Assembly: GCA_038496445.1 (NCBI GenBank)
Contig: JALMLS010000065.1
Span: forward strand, 186,001-250,000
Reading direction: 5' to 3'
DNA length: 64,000 bases
From: Trichosphaerium sp. ATCC 40318
Taxonomy: Eukaryota; Protista; Tubulinea
This document shows positions 24,588 to 36,001 of the stretch, one piece after another. Position numbers and translations under genes: made by a program. Under the pieces are notes generated by a model, which saw only the letters and a list, made by a program, of their open reading frames with translations, was not told the origin of the DNA and did no database searches. Positions within the stretch are counted from its first letter, which is position 1, and the number at the start of each line of letters is the position of its first letter.

Positions 24588-27448
24588 ATGCGTGGTGAGT
24601 ACGACCCTCTTGCTGAAAGCGACCATGGTGAGCGCGTAGGGCAAAAGGTAAATAATCAAAAGGACGTTCAACAATCAATTCTAAATAATTCTAATCAGAG
24701 CGTTTGTAACTGTAACCTCGTTAAAGCAGTGTCGATAGGTAAGAGAATTTTCCGCCAGTACTTGACATTTACTTACACGTAACAATAGTCGCTGTTGTGG
24801 TTATCGTTGCTACTGTAGTAGCGATTGTAATATGGCAACTTGTAGAGATATCAAGAGGACAATCAGAACCCGATTTTTCAGTATAACAACCTAACCTCTG
24901 TGCCGCGTTGTTTATCATCTTACGCTTTCAATTAGGAACTAAAGGATAAATGCTCTCATGTTAAACCAATTACACCTCAAGAATTTGCAGAGCGAAGAGC
25001 CAAGTTACTAGAGAGAATGAGTAAGCAGATCCAAACGAATCCCAAAAAAAGAACTAAGTTGGTTTTTATGGCTTTTTTAACTTTTTTTGCTTTGTAGGTG
25101 GTATTGAAGCGTATGTTTTCGAGGCTGGCCCTAATTTATGGTATTATACTGGTATTCAATGGAGTAGAAGTGAAAGACCTTTCTTACTTGTCGTACAATC
25201 TAATGGCACGTGATTTTCACTTAGCACGTAAAAATATCGCATGAATTTGGTTTTACGTTTCGATAGTTTCCTTACGTACTACAGGCAATTCTTCTTTGAT
25301 TTTACCTAAATTTGAAGAATATACGGCAAGGGAAAAACTGGAGGCTAATTCTTCTTTACAAATGCACTTTTGGTATGTAGTTCTATATCTAGCAAATTTG
25401 CATAAGTTCACAAAAACCCCGAATAACTTATGAGTTTCAACGTTTTTACCACCGTTAAAAAACCCTGATGTGCTACTGTTCTCATAGCTGTTTATATGCA
25501 TCAATCATAGATGATTCTTGAACAACCATGTTCTGTTTCTATGTAGATTCGTGATGTTCCAATGCATAGAGCAATATTTTGTATTTTTTTTTTTGATTTA
25601 GCCACGTGATTTTTTTTTCTTGCTTTCTTTTTCGGTTTTGTTTGTATAACTTTCACATTAAGGTATGAGGGTAAGAATCCAAGCGCATATGAAGTTTTCA
25701 AGAATTTGGTTTATACTGGTGCCACAGTAAATGTTGCATTTGGTGATGATGTTCGATTCTTCATACAAGAGGGTATAGCTTCTTCTGTACAAATTTATAC
25801 TGCTCCAACTTGGTACAATGTACGTCTTTTATTCTACTACTTGGGATGCGACGTGACTGCTCCTAACACAAACTTCTTATGGTTTCGACAAACGCTGTTA
25901 AGAAAGTTTATTTATATTTGATTATTTGATTTAATTACAAACGACTTAGTCGTTCTATATATTGTTGCCTTCTGTCTTGTGGTGTCGTTGAATTGACAAT
26001 TAACCGCTTTTTTTAGATATCAGAAGGTGTTAGACAAATAAAATCGAACCATGAACTCGAAATACTTGGGTGTGCAAATAATGTAACAAAAACAGCTATA
26101 AGAGTAGTATCTACGATGATAAAATACAGTATGTTTTAGAGCCTATCTACTACTACACAAAAATAAAATTAAAGCTAATAAATCCCTTAGAGATGAAGCA
26201 ATCGAAAGTAGCAAGTCTGTTAAGCCAAGCACTCACGACAGCCGGTACGGATTTTAACAGTGTACAAAAAAAGTTGATTTTATTTTTGAATTCAACTTTA
26301 GGTTTAACGAATACATGGCACCTTGTGTTGTTTGGTAAAAACGCTGCTTTCCCTCATGGAACACAAGAGGATAGTGAATTAACAGAAACAGATATAATTT
26401 TGATAGACACAGGTGGTGTAAGGCCAATCTCAATTTTTTCTTTTTTCGCAGTACTTAGACCTTTTTCTCATTTTTTTTCAGGACCTGCTAGGATATCAAA
26501 GTGATATTTCACGCACTTTTGCTATAGGTACATTAAAATTTATTACAGATAGCAAAGCTATATTGCTTAACACTTTTGATTGATTTTCTTGTAGATCCAT
26601 CGAAAATATCTCGAGAAATCAAGGATGCTTGGAATACTGTCCGTTTGGTATGTTCGAACCAAAAAGAACTAAGAAAAAAAAACCTTTTTTTTCTCAATTG
26701 TTAACTAGGTTTTAGGCCCAAAATTTAGCTTTACGAAATATATCAGCTGGTGTTCAGTGTAAAACACCAGATGAAACCGCAAGAAATTATATGGGACAGG
26801 AGTATGTCTGCAATAACTTTTTTTGAGATGTTTTTTTTTGCATGTCGAATTCGTTCACATCATGTTTAGAGGGTATGGATACAGGTATGGTAATTTTACT
26901 CATCGCCTTGGCCATGGTATTGGTATACAGGTTAGCTAAAATTAAAAGGTCATAACATAATTCTAAGTGTTTGAAAGGGTCATGAAGAACCGTACTTGGT
27001 TGAGGGCAATACAAAGCTATTTGAACCTGGCATGGTGTTCAGTGTAGAACCAGGTACTTTTTACACATTTCCTACTGCCACTCCAATACATACATTTTCT
27101 CAACATGGTAGCATTTATCAGCTATCTACGTTTGCACGTGGTAGTGAGCCTACGAAGTTTTAGTGAATTACTTTTTTCAATGATTATTTTTTGCTTGTTG
27201 GTTTATTTTCTACGCAGGACTTTATTTACAAAACAAATGGGGTATAAGAATAGAAGATATAGTATATATTACAGGCACGTATAAATATATTTTGAAAAAG
27301 TCACAAGAAGAGAGACAAATATAAAACAAAGATAAATATTTCCTTGACTTTTATTTTTTTTTTTTGTAACGTTAACTTAGAGGATGGAAAACACAAAGTT
27401 TTTGGTCCTTTATCAGAAGAGTTCGAGAATCCTTTTCAGAATCATTAA
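24588..27448 (+). CDS. Membrane-anchored Xaa-Pro peptidase (M24B)
   Basis: N-terminal TM helix; LIDTGG, GYQSDISRTF, FTHRLGHGIG, HEEPYL, FSVEPGLY, GIRIEDIV metal-ligand motifs. Confidence 0.9.
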
Positions 27449-27732
27449 ATAAACAGATGTGTCATCTAAAAATTGACATAATTGTATGACTGTGTCTCAG
27501 TGTTTAGTCTCATTAGACTTTTTTGGTCCTAGATTTGTTACACCAGCAGTTTCACATGAACCCAACTTCAAATTCTATCCAGTTTTCTAGAGTATGACAT
27601 TCAAAAAGAAGAAGTTTCGATGAGTTTCATTGTAAAATATCAGTGTTATTTAAAACCAACGTCGTATTAAGAAGTATGCTGGTTTATTTATTTTTAGTAT
27701 TTTTAGTTTTTTAAATTTTTGGTATTATTACA

Positions 27733-29857
27733 TTACGGTTTCCATTCTCTGAAGAAACTTATTGTACTGATATCTGAAGGTGTCAGTCGTTTGGCTGTGT
27801 TCACAAAATTATCGTCTAGAGGAGGAATTAACATTAATGAAAGAGTTTAAGATGGTTCAGACTTACCTTCAGTACATATCGTACAATGTTGCCATACAAC
27901 AACGGCTGTCGCTACTGGTACATAATCAGGACCATGGTAGTGATACAAAGCAGATCCACTGTGTCCACCACTTATATCACAATTTGTTCTTACAACCTAC
28001 GAGTAAATATAAGTACAAGCCAAGATTGTAAATAAAGTTGGCAGAAATGAGTTGCTTGCTTACCCTGTTCCATCCATTTGCTATGGAGCTATATTGACTA
28101 AGTTCGCATTCTTTGGTATCTCCATACAAAGCGCCATCAATACATGTTGGAGATGGTGAATTACTTGAGTCACATACAGGATATCCTCTGTTGTAATGAT
28201 ACAAACTTCCCAAAGATGAAGCAGGTTTGGCGACATATCCTTTAACACACAAATAGTCAGCAACAAACGATACATTGTATAAAGATGTACCCATCCATCC
28301 TGTAAGCTCTCCAATTCTATCTGGTAAGACAAGTATACCCCAGTCGTATGGTGAAGCAGCGTATCCGGAAATAGCTGGATTTCTAACATAAATGTCAATA
28401 AATATCAAGAATGGTCTCAATGTTGTTTCGTACCTCCATTCTACAGGTGTAAAATACCATCTGAATGGATCACCAGGTTCAAAGTTTACAGTGATAGTTG
28501 ATTGTCCATATGGTCGGTTTGTACCCGAGTTTTCATTTCTTCCAGGAATGACAGTAACAGTAAACCAGTTGTTTGTTCCTTGAGCATTGATACAGTGTGC
28601 TATTCACAGAAAAGTTAAAACGAGAGATTTTGATATTAGTGGTTGTTTAAAAGAATACCTGCTGTGAGAACGTGTCTTGGTCCAATCATAGTACCAGTAC
28701 ATCTTCCAAAGTCAGATATTGTTCTAAATCCATATGAGTGAGTTTGAAAGTACGTGAAATAAAAACGTGATTGTACCTCCAAGGCCAAAGTGTTGTTGGT
28801 TCTCTAAGGATTCTGGAATCATCTGCATTGCTCCATCCTCGTTTTGTTGGTGCACCATTTTCATATGAAGGTATTGTGTGGGCTTTCTATGCTGTGTTAG
28901 CGGTAAATCAAATATAAAGACTAAAATAGTATTAGTATTACATACCATAGCACCAGTTAATCCATCTCTCAAACGATTAATTTTTTCAAACAAATTCGAT
29001 CCAACTTCAATCTCCCACTCAACCTTTGTTCCTAAATTCTGTTGTTAGACTTGAAAGGCTAGTACTCCGATAATCTAATTTTATCGTACCAGAGTTGAAA
29101 GCAAGCAATCTTGTTCTACTTTGTAAGTCTGTCTTGTCTACAAAGGGTTTGTTAAAAGACGTAAGTAACTAAGAAAACTATACTGTACCTGTTTCTGTAC
29201 TACCATCTGTCGTTGTACTATCGAAAGCATCAGCCTTTCCTGTTGGCATTTCAATGCGCTTATCAACAAGTTTCCCCGTGCCAACAGGAGTAGCCTAAGA
29301 AAAATTAGGTCAACGAACTGTGAAGCAAATGAGACATACAATCAAGTCGTCTGTAATTCTGATTGGTTTGTTATCTTTTGGCACAATGTTATCAAGAATA
29401 CTCGATAGTTTTCCAAGACCCAAGGTATCGCAGCTACACTCGCAATCGCATATACTACGAACAGGATACGGTACTGTAGGTACATTGTTTGCATCAAAAC
29501 AAACTTCCTTGCCATCAATTTTTGTATCTCCAATTGCGATTTGATTCAAATACAAACGGTGTAGACTGCAAGTACCAAGGGTACCAACAATGATATTAGT
29601 GCATGAAGTGGCAAGTGTTGAGTCACAAACACTTTGACATTTTGATACAGCCATCTCTCTTACATTTTGTAATGCTTCATCCTACGAAACAATTAAACGG
29701 AATAATTAAACAATCAAAGCAATGAAAATGACGCTAGAGCGTTAGTACTTACCAATGCGCATCCATAAGTTTTCGCTGTTACACGATGGCCTTGCGAGTA
29801 CGCACTTTGTGAATAAAGAGATAGTATTAAGAATGTTGCTAAGATTACCAAACGCAT
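27733..29857 (-). CDS. Secreted V8/Mpr-like serine protease, copy C
   Basis: Reverse complement of copy B structure; catalytic triad motifs intact. Confidence 0.88.
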
Positions 29858-30029
29858 CAAAGAAAGTTGTTGTTGCTGCTTTGTTTGTTGTTTGAGGTTT
29901 ATGAAAAATGGTTTTGTTGGAAACGGATGTGAATTTCATGTGAACAGTTGCGTCAACACGTGTGTTCAATAAAATTTTGGGCGTTTTGTTCATGCGTATT
30001 CACTGTATATTCAAAGGTCTTTCAACGAT

Positions 30030-30822
30030 GTGTCTGGCTTGATAATAGTCTGCTTTGGAGCCCTGGAAGTGTTGTCGACTTTCTTCTTTTGTCCCTTAGC
30101 GCCGTCATCGTTATTTCAGTTAAATTCTCGCTTTTCTTGAGAGGAGAAGTACCGTTTGGCTTTTTTTGCTTGTTTCTGATATGCCTTGGCTACGTCGTAT
30201 TTAATACAAGGCAAAACAGTCTCGTTTGTTTCCGATCAAATCCGGTCTTTTGGTTATTTAAATATTCACTTAAATTCTGCTTGGGTCTTGTGAATTGCTT
30301 CGTGAACGTATCTCATGGCTGGCAAGCGCATTTAATCTGTTGGACAAAGCAAAACTATATGTTGTTGCTATGCTAGCATTTTTATGCTCTCACTTGTTTT
30401 TGCAAGTCTTTAACAAGTGAAACAACCGTCGTTGATCTGTAAACCTTTCACCATTTAAACAACCGTTTACAAAATATACGCCTTTTATTTACCAAAGGTT
30501 AAAGGATTTGAAGAGTGTTCCAAGACATTAGAAACTTCTCGTTCTCTTACTCCTACAAATTCACCACAAGAAACCTTACAATTGGTAGGAAGACTACAAT
30601 GTCGTGACTCTAACACAGCCTTGACTCTATTGGTTACTAAGACAAATAATAGTTGCTTACACAATTCAATTACAATGGAAATGTGTGTTAAATATAGCAG
30701 TGGAATAACCAATAAAGCTCCTCACATTGGTTGGTGTTCGCATTATTAATTTAGGGCATTGTCACGTGACTGGTGCAGGTGTTGTAGTTTTGGATGGAGA
30801 CATTCAGTATCCTTAACATGAA
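30030..30822 (+). pseudogene. Truncated duplicate of the F-box/LRR pseudogene
   Basis: INLGHCHVTGAGVVVL etc.; similarity to 16228-17000 ends abruptly at 30822. Confidence 0.5.
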
Positions 30823-31027
30823 CCTATAAAAGTAGATTGTGACGGTTGGCAGAAAATTACACGTCAACACAGGCCTAGCTGCGCAGAGGAATACCTCTGA
30901 CTTGCAAAAGATATGGCAGCTATTGCTTCAACAAACAGTCCTGTCACTGAAACTTGCAAGAAAATTCTTAGTTTAAACCTAAACAGTTGTATAACTCAGT
31001 TGTATAACTAAACACCTTTTGTGCGCC

Positions 31028-31787
31028 ATGGAAATACCTTTAGAGTTCAAAAACACATGCTACGTTAAGCCGAAAGTATTTAACGACACAGAATGCGACA
31101 ACCTCATTAAACGTATTCAAAACACCACAAACATTAACACCACACGTCCTGACTCTCTTGATTCTGAAATTAAGCGAATAGTTGGTAGAACATCACTAAA
31201 AGACCCTAAACTTGCAGAATGGCTATATGAGCGTAGGAGACTGTTGTCCGACGACATGGGTTCAGAAGAAAGAGGATTCGACTATGGGACCATGCGCTAA
31301 GGGTAATTGGAAGATACATAGCGTAGATCACCGTATTCAGCTTTACAAGTACAAGGACGAAGGAATATTCTCAAAACACCGTGATGGACCAACATACCAT
31401 AGTCCTGACTTGAGATCACTGTTCACTGTACTTGTATACCTCAACGATGACTATAAAGGTGGTCAAACAATAGCTTATACAGATGACGAAGATAAAAGGT
31501 TTGTTGTGCCGAATGAGCGTGGTTCTTGCTTTGCAATGCTACAGAGGCAGTTGCATGAAGGTAGTAGGGTTTTGGAAGGAACAAAGTACCTTCTTAGATG
31601 TGATGTACTCTATGAAAGAAAAGAAGATAATACACATCTTGAATCATTTGATGGATTGAAAGAATCAGAAAAAGCTAAGAAATGGTTTGATTTAGCATCA
31701 GCAATAGAGCTTTCTGGTTATCCTAGGAAGAGTATTGATTACTATAAGAAGGCTTATAAGCTTGATCCAAATGTAGGAGCGGAGTAA
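31028..31787 (+). CDS. Prolyl-4-hydroxylase-like 2OG-Fe(II) oxygenase with C-terminal TPR-like helices; one frameshift near 31232
   Basis: VFNDTECDNLIK, LAEWLYER; then FSKHRDG, TVLVYLNDDYKGGQT, LHEGSRVLEGTKYLLRCDV, YYKKAYKLDP in a different frame. Confidence 0.8.
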
Positions 31788-31948
31788 AAGAACCCCCCAA
31801 GGAAAGATAAAAGCCGAAAAAACTAAGAAAAAAAACCCAAACTTTTTTTGTCGTCTGTAATATTTAAAAACACGTGACAATGTTCTTATTCAAACAAATA
31901 AACTGTTGAGTTTCAAATGAATATATTTTATTATTATTTTCTTTTTTA

Positions 31949-34063
31949 CTACTGTTGGTATGCATCTGCACCAAGAACAGTTTTTTTTAGTTCTTGGTTT
32001 CTGTGTCTAACAACGAATGCTATAATAATTGACGCAATTATAACAATGATTGCTGCTATGACAACAGGTAGAATGATAAATAGCCTTGGTATACTTTTGC
32101 CACTACTACATGTACTACGTACATCAAGAACAATTATCAATCTACTGTTTGTATAAAGTTCCTTTCCTAGAAACAAAAAATGTTAAGATTCATAAAAGAA
32201 TATGAACATAGTTTGGTTTTTTGGCTACATACCTTGCACTTCTGAGCATGCATCAGAATGATTTACAGATATATCATGATCTCCTCGGTTAGTACATTGA
32301 TAGTTAACATAGACAATTTCGTCACCTATAAAGTTACTTAGAAGAAACAAGAAACATTTGAGATTTTACCATCTTTTGGATTATCGACATTAATAATAAG
32401 TGACGTGTTATCAGCTACCTCATAACACCCATTGATAGTCAAAGTAGTATTTTTATCTATACTTATTGTAGTACGAGAAAGTCTTAAATTACCATACTAG
32501 AAACATTAAGGTGAGCGAAAACCAAACACCAAAAACACAAAAAAAATCATATAACTTGAAGAGAAATAACCTGTTTGGCCACGTACAACAACCTAAAATA
32601 AAAATCAAAGTTAGACATAACTAAACGTTAAACTAAAAGTCACGTACAACAGTAGAATTAACTGGTAACACAACATTAGTATTGGTAGCATTATCATTGC
32701 ATTTAACATTGTTTTCTAAACATAAAGCATCTGCTGATAGCTCAGGTGCAGTAGGTGCGGCTGTAGTAGGTGCAGATGTAGTAGGGGGGGGTGTAGGAGC
32801 AGGATTTGGAGGAGGAATTACTTCTAAACAGGAGGAATAGTTAAAAAAAACAAACCAGTTTTTCTTCACGAAAATAATTAAGTGTAAGAGCGAGGAGTTT
32901 GTGCCTTACCACATAAAACGAAGTTTACCGAATCACAGTCCATATCGTTGAAGAATACCCTAGGTTTACCACCAATAGAAAAAGGAGGAGTTTCTTGTAA
33001 TACAGTGCCACATAATTCTTTTACAGTATCATTACCCAATGATATTTGCATTGAAGGGTTCAATGGAAACCACGTTTGTACAAGCATTTCTGCAAAGTTG
33101 TATTTCGGGGTTGGTAGCCTACAAAAAACAATTTAATAAAAGATATAGTTTAAACCATATCAAATTCTTTAGCACATTGAAAAATGCGAAAAAAAACCAA
33201 CGGTCAGGATTTGACAGCAAAAACAAATTTATCAGAAAATTATGGGATTATATAAATGTTCACCAACGTGAATAACGCTGGTTAATGTTTGTATTCATTA
33301 AACATTGTTGATAAAGAGTCAAAAAGTTTTAAATTCTGCGCTTTTTTCTCCCGCGCCTTGAAAAATAAGTAGAATAGCGTTAGGTCTTTCTTGGGAGGGA
33401 CACAAAAAAACCAGTCGGATTTGAATGCATAGAAATGTATGTCCAATAAAACAATTTGTCGAAAGAAAAGGCGAACAAAAAATAAAGTCTCACGCTGTGT
33501 AGCTATTAGTTAGCTCTGTATCCGTTACTCTTAGCCCACTTCGTTGCCACACAAAGTCATCCAATGTTAATTTGCAATCAGCACAATCTATGTCACTTAT
33601 GCTATCTCTACAACGTTCACAAGCGCATCCTATGATTGTGACCCAACTTTATTGCTGTTAGTTAGGCGTAAACACTGTTAAAACGGTCGTACTCATCACA
33701 TATTGAAGTTACATTCAAGTCGGGCGTTTGTCGTTTCAAATTGACCCAAAATTGCGCAAGATTGTTTGTTGCGTTGTACGCTGCCTCCCAGTCCTCTCGC
33801 GTGAGAACTTCTGCTAGTTGTAGTGATCTTCATAATGGTTCAGTTAGATTGATGGCATTTCAGCGTTGTGTTTATTGTACCGGTTTGCGCAAGCAATGGG
33901 CGCGTCAGCCCACGATGTTAGATTTTGCACCACGACATATTTATTTGCCTACATAACGTTTGTTGGTGCTAAATACGAGTGTATAGCGTACCACAGTGTT
34001 GTTAGATCCATAAACAGAAGCAATTGTTATCGATACCGCTAGTATTATCCAAGCAGCGTTCAT
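31949..34063 (-). CDS. Type I membrane protein with C-type lectin-like domain and Pro/Thr stalk
   Basis: Signal MNAAWIILAVSITIASVYG; YVVVQNLTSWADAPIAC, LAEVLTREDW, WVTIIG, FVWQRSG, FNDMDCDSVNFVLC; PPPNPAPTPPPTTSAPTT; TM IILPVVIAAIIVIIASIIIAFVV followed by RHR. Confidence 0.72.
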
Positions 34064-34406
34064 TTAGGGCGCCAATGCAATAATAAACAATAGGATATCT
34101 AAAAGGAAAGCTATTTGCTAAAAAGGCGCTATTGGCCAAATCGCAATAAGTGGTGGCAGGCGACTTGTGTTGGCTCAGTTGTCCGTATTTTGAAGTTAAG
34201 GCAGTTCTAAGCTTGATTTGACTGTGTGAACATGTTAACGGAATTTGCCTTGGTTTACGATGTATGTCTTCCCAGACCTCACAGTAGCAGTACAACAGCG
34301 CATTTTGTTTACAAGGTTGGTTTTACGTACGACAACAAAGAAGTTGTATTACCGTAAGACGCGATAGTACCATACAACTGAGCTATTAGCGAGCGCTAGT
34401 TTTGTT

Positions 34407-35588
34407 TTAATTTTTTTTCGATTTTCCCTTTTTGCCATACACCTTGTACTTTCTATTTATCTTCCTCTTTCTCTTACATAGCTCATCCAAATCAAACGCT
34501 TTTACAATCGCCGCCTTTTAAAAAGATGTTCGTTAGTCTCTCTAATTGTCATTGCGATTTTTTTACCTTTTTGAACGAAAATGGTTTTGATGATCCATCT
34601 GATAGTAATCGAGGTAATCTACGCTTTTCTTTACCATTTATGATTAGTATAAGCGATGGTATCCTTTTGAATATAGCCTCTCCTGTCTTATCTGCCTGAT
34701 TGTTTGTCAAAAATTAACTACATAAAAAGTGACATTTTAGAAGCTCGTACCACATCCCACTCAGCAGCTAGTTTAGGATACATACCTAATATTGTTAGCA
34801 CTATATATTGTAAGTAGTATAAGACGTACCAGCATCAACCTTGGCGAACTTGAGGTAGTCCGTTGAATATCTAAAAGAATCATTAATATCTTCCAAATAA
34901 AAGTCGCTATGACGCTTTTCTAGCGTAGATACGTACTCCAATGATAAATCAGCGAATACAGGAGCCAGTTGGTTGCACGGTGGAGCCCATGTAGTGTAAA
35001 ATTCTACTACCCAAGCGCCATCATTTTCATTTGCGATGTAACGCTAGTATTTTAGTTTAGCGCTTATTACAACGCTATTGCGAATAAAATAAACGCACCT
35101 GGAATTCGATAGGTCGCATAAAGTCTATCTTCTGCGGACCCGAGTATTTCGGTTGTGGTATGAATACAAGAATGACTAGGATAGTTTTAAGCATGATTAT
35201 AGAGTTTTTGGGTTTTGAGAATAACGTACTCAGTATAATGGCGATATACACAATCAATAGGCGCCAGTCTGAATACATAGAGAACAGACAGAGCAAAACC
35301 TTGATGTAGAAGAAGATGCCATGAAAAAATACGTCAAGTGTACCAGCGCGGAAGAATTTAAGTATAATTAGTAGTGATAGACACCACAGCGCTGTAAATT
35401 CCTGTATTTTATTAACAAGCTTAAACAAGAGCGGATGAGCGTACAAGTGAAGACCCTGATAATGTAGGCGTAGTAACAGCTGAAAATGACTCTAAGCGCC
35501 TAATAAAATAGTACGAGACTGCAAGGAGGACGTGAAGTAGGTAATATAAGCTAAAAAAGCGTTCATAGTATCTCCACTTGTTTGCCAT
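34407..35588 (-). CDS. TMX2: Thioredoxin-related transmembrane protein 2-like
   Basis: YYLLHVLLAVSYYFIR, PQPKYSGP, WVVEFYTTWAPPC..LAPVFADLS, LKFAKVD, C-terminal KSKKN (KxKxx ER retrieval). Confidence 0.8.
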
Positions 35589-36001
35589 CAGCCTAAATAC
35601 GCGAGTAAAGCATTACCGGGTAAACTTAACGATTTTTTGGGTATTTAAGTATCCTTGAAGTTCCAGTACTTCTTTGCAATCTCGTACGAATCTCTTTCAT
35701 TGCATAAGCAACACATAAAAGGAATCGCAAAGTATGTTATCTGGACAGGTTTTTGTCAAGCTGTGGCAGCTGGGGTAACCTGCTGAAGTGTCCAACAATA
35801 GAGTAAAAAAAAAGTGGTCTTGGTGAGATACCTTACATAGCAACTACGTTCTTCTTTTTACTACAATAAAAAGATACCCGAAGTTTTAATTTTACACTAA
35901 AATAAATCACGTGACGGCCTTAAAAAGCGAAATAAAAACTTAAACTTTTTTCAAAGCTCATCCGAAAAGAAGCTTCTCTTGGTTTTCGTCGTTAAAATAG
36001 A

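Larger units (their letters stand above)
27590..30822. repeat. Inverted segmental duplication, right arm (partner 16228-19390)
   Basis: See left arm; identical ORF translations at 17388-17732 (+) and 29310-29654 (-). Confidence 0.9.

Noticed and set aside
16228-30822. Large DNA transposon (Maverick/composite) defined by long inverted repeats
   Set aside because: The arms are ordinary intron-containing genes; no transposase, integrase or target-site duplication is seen and the spacer holds housekeeping genes.
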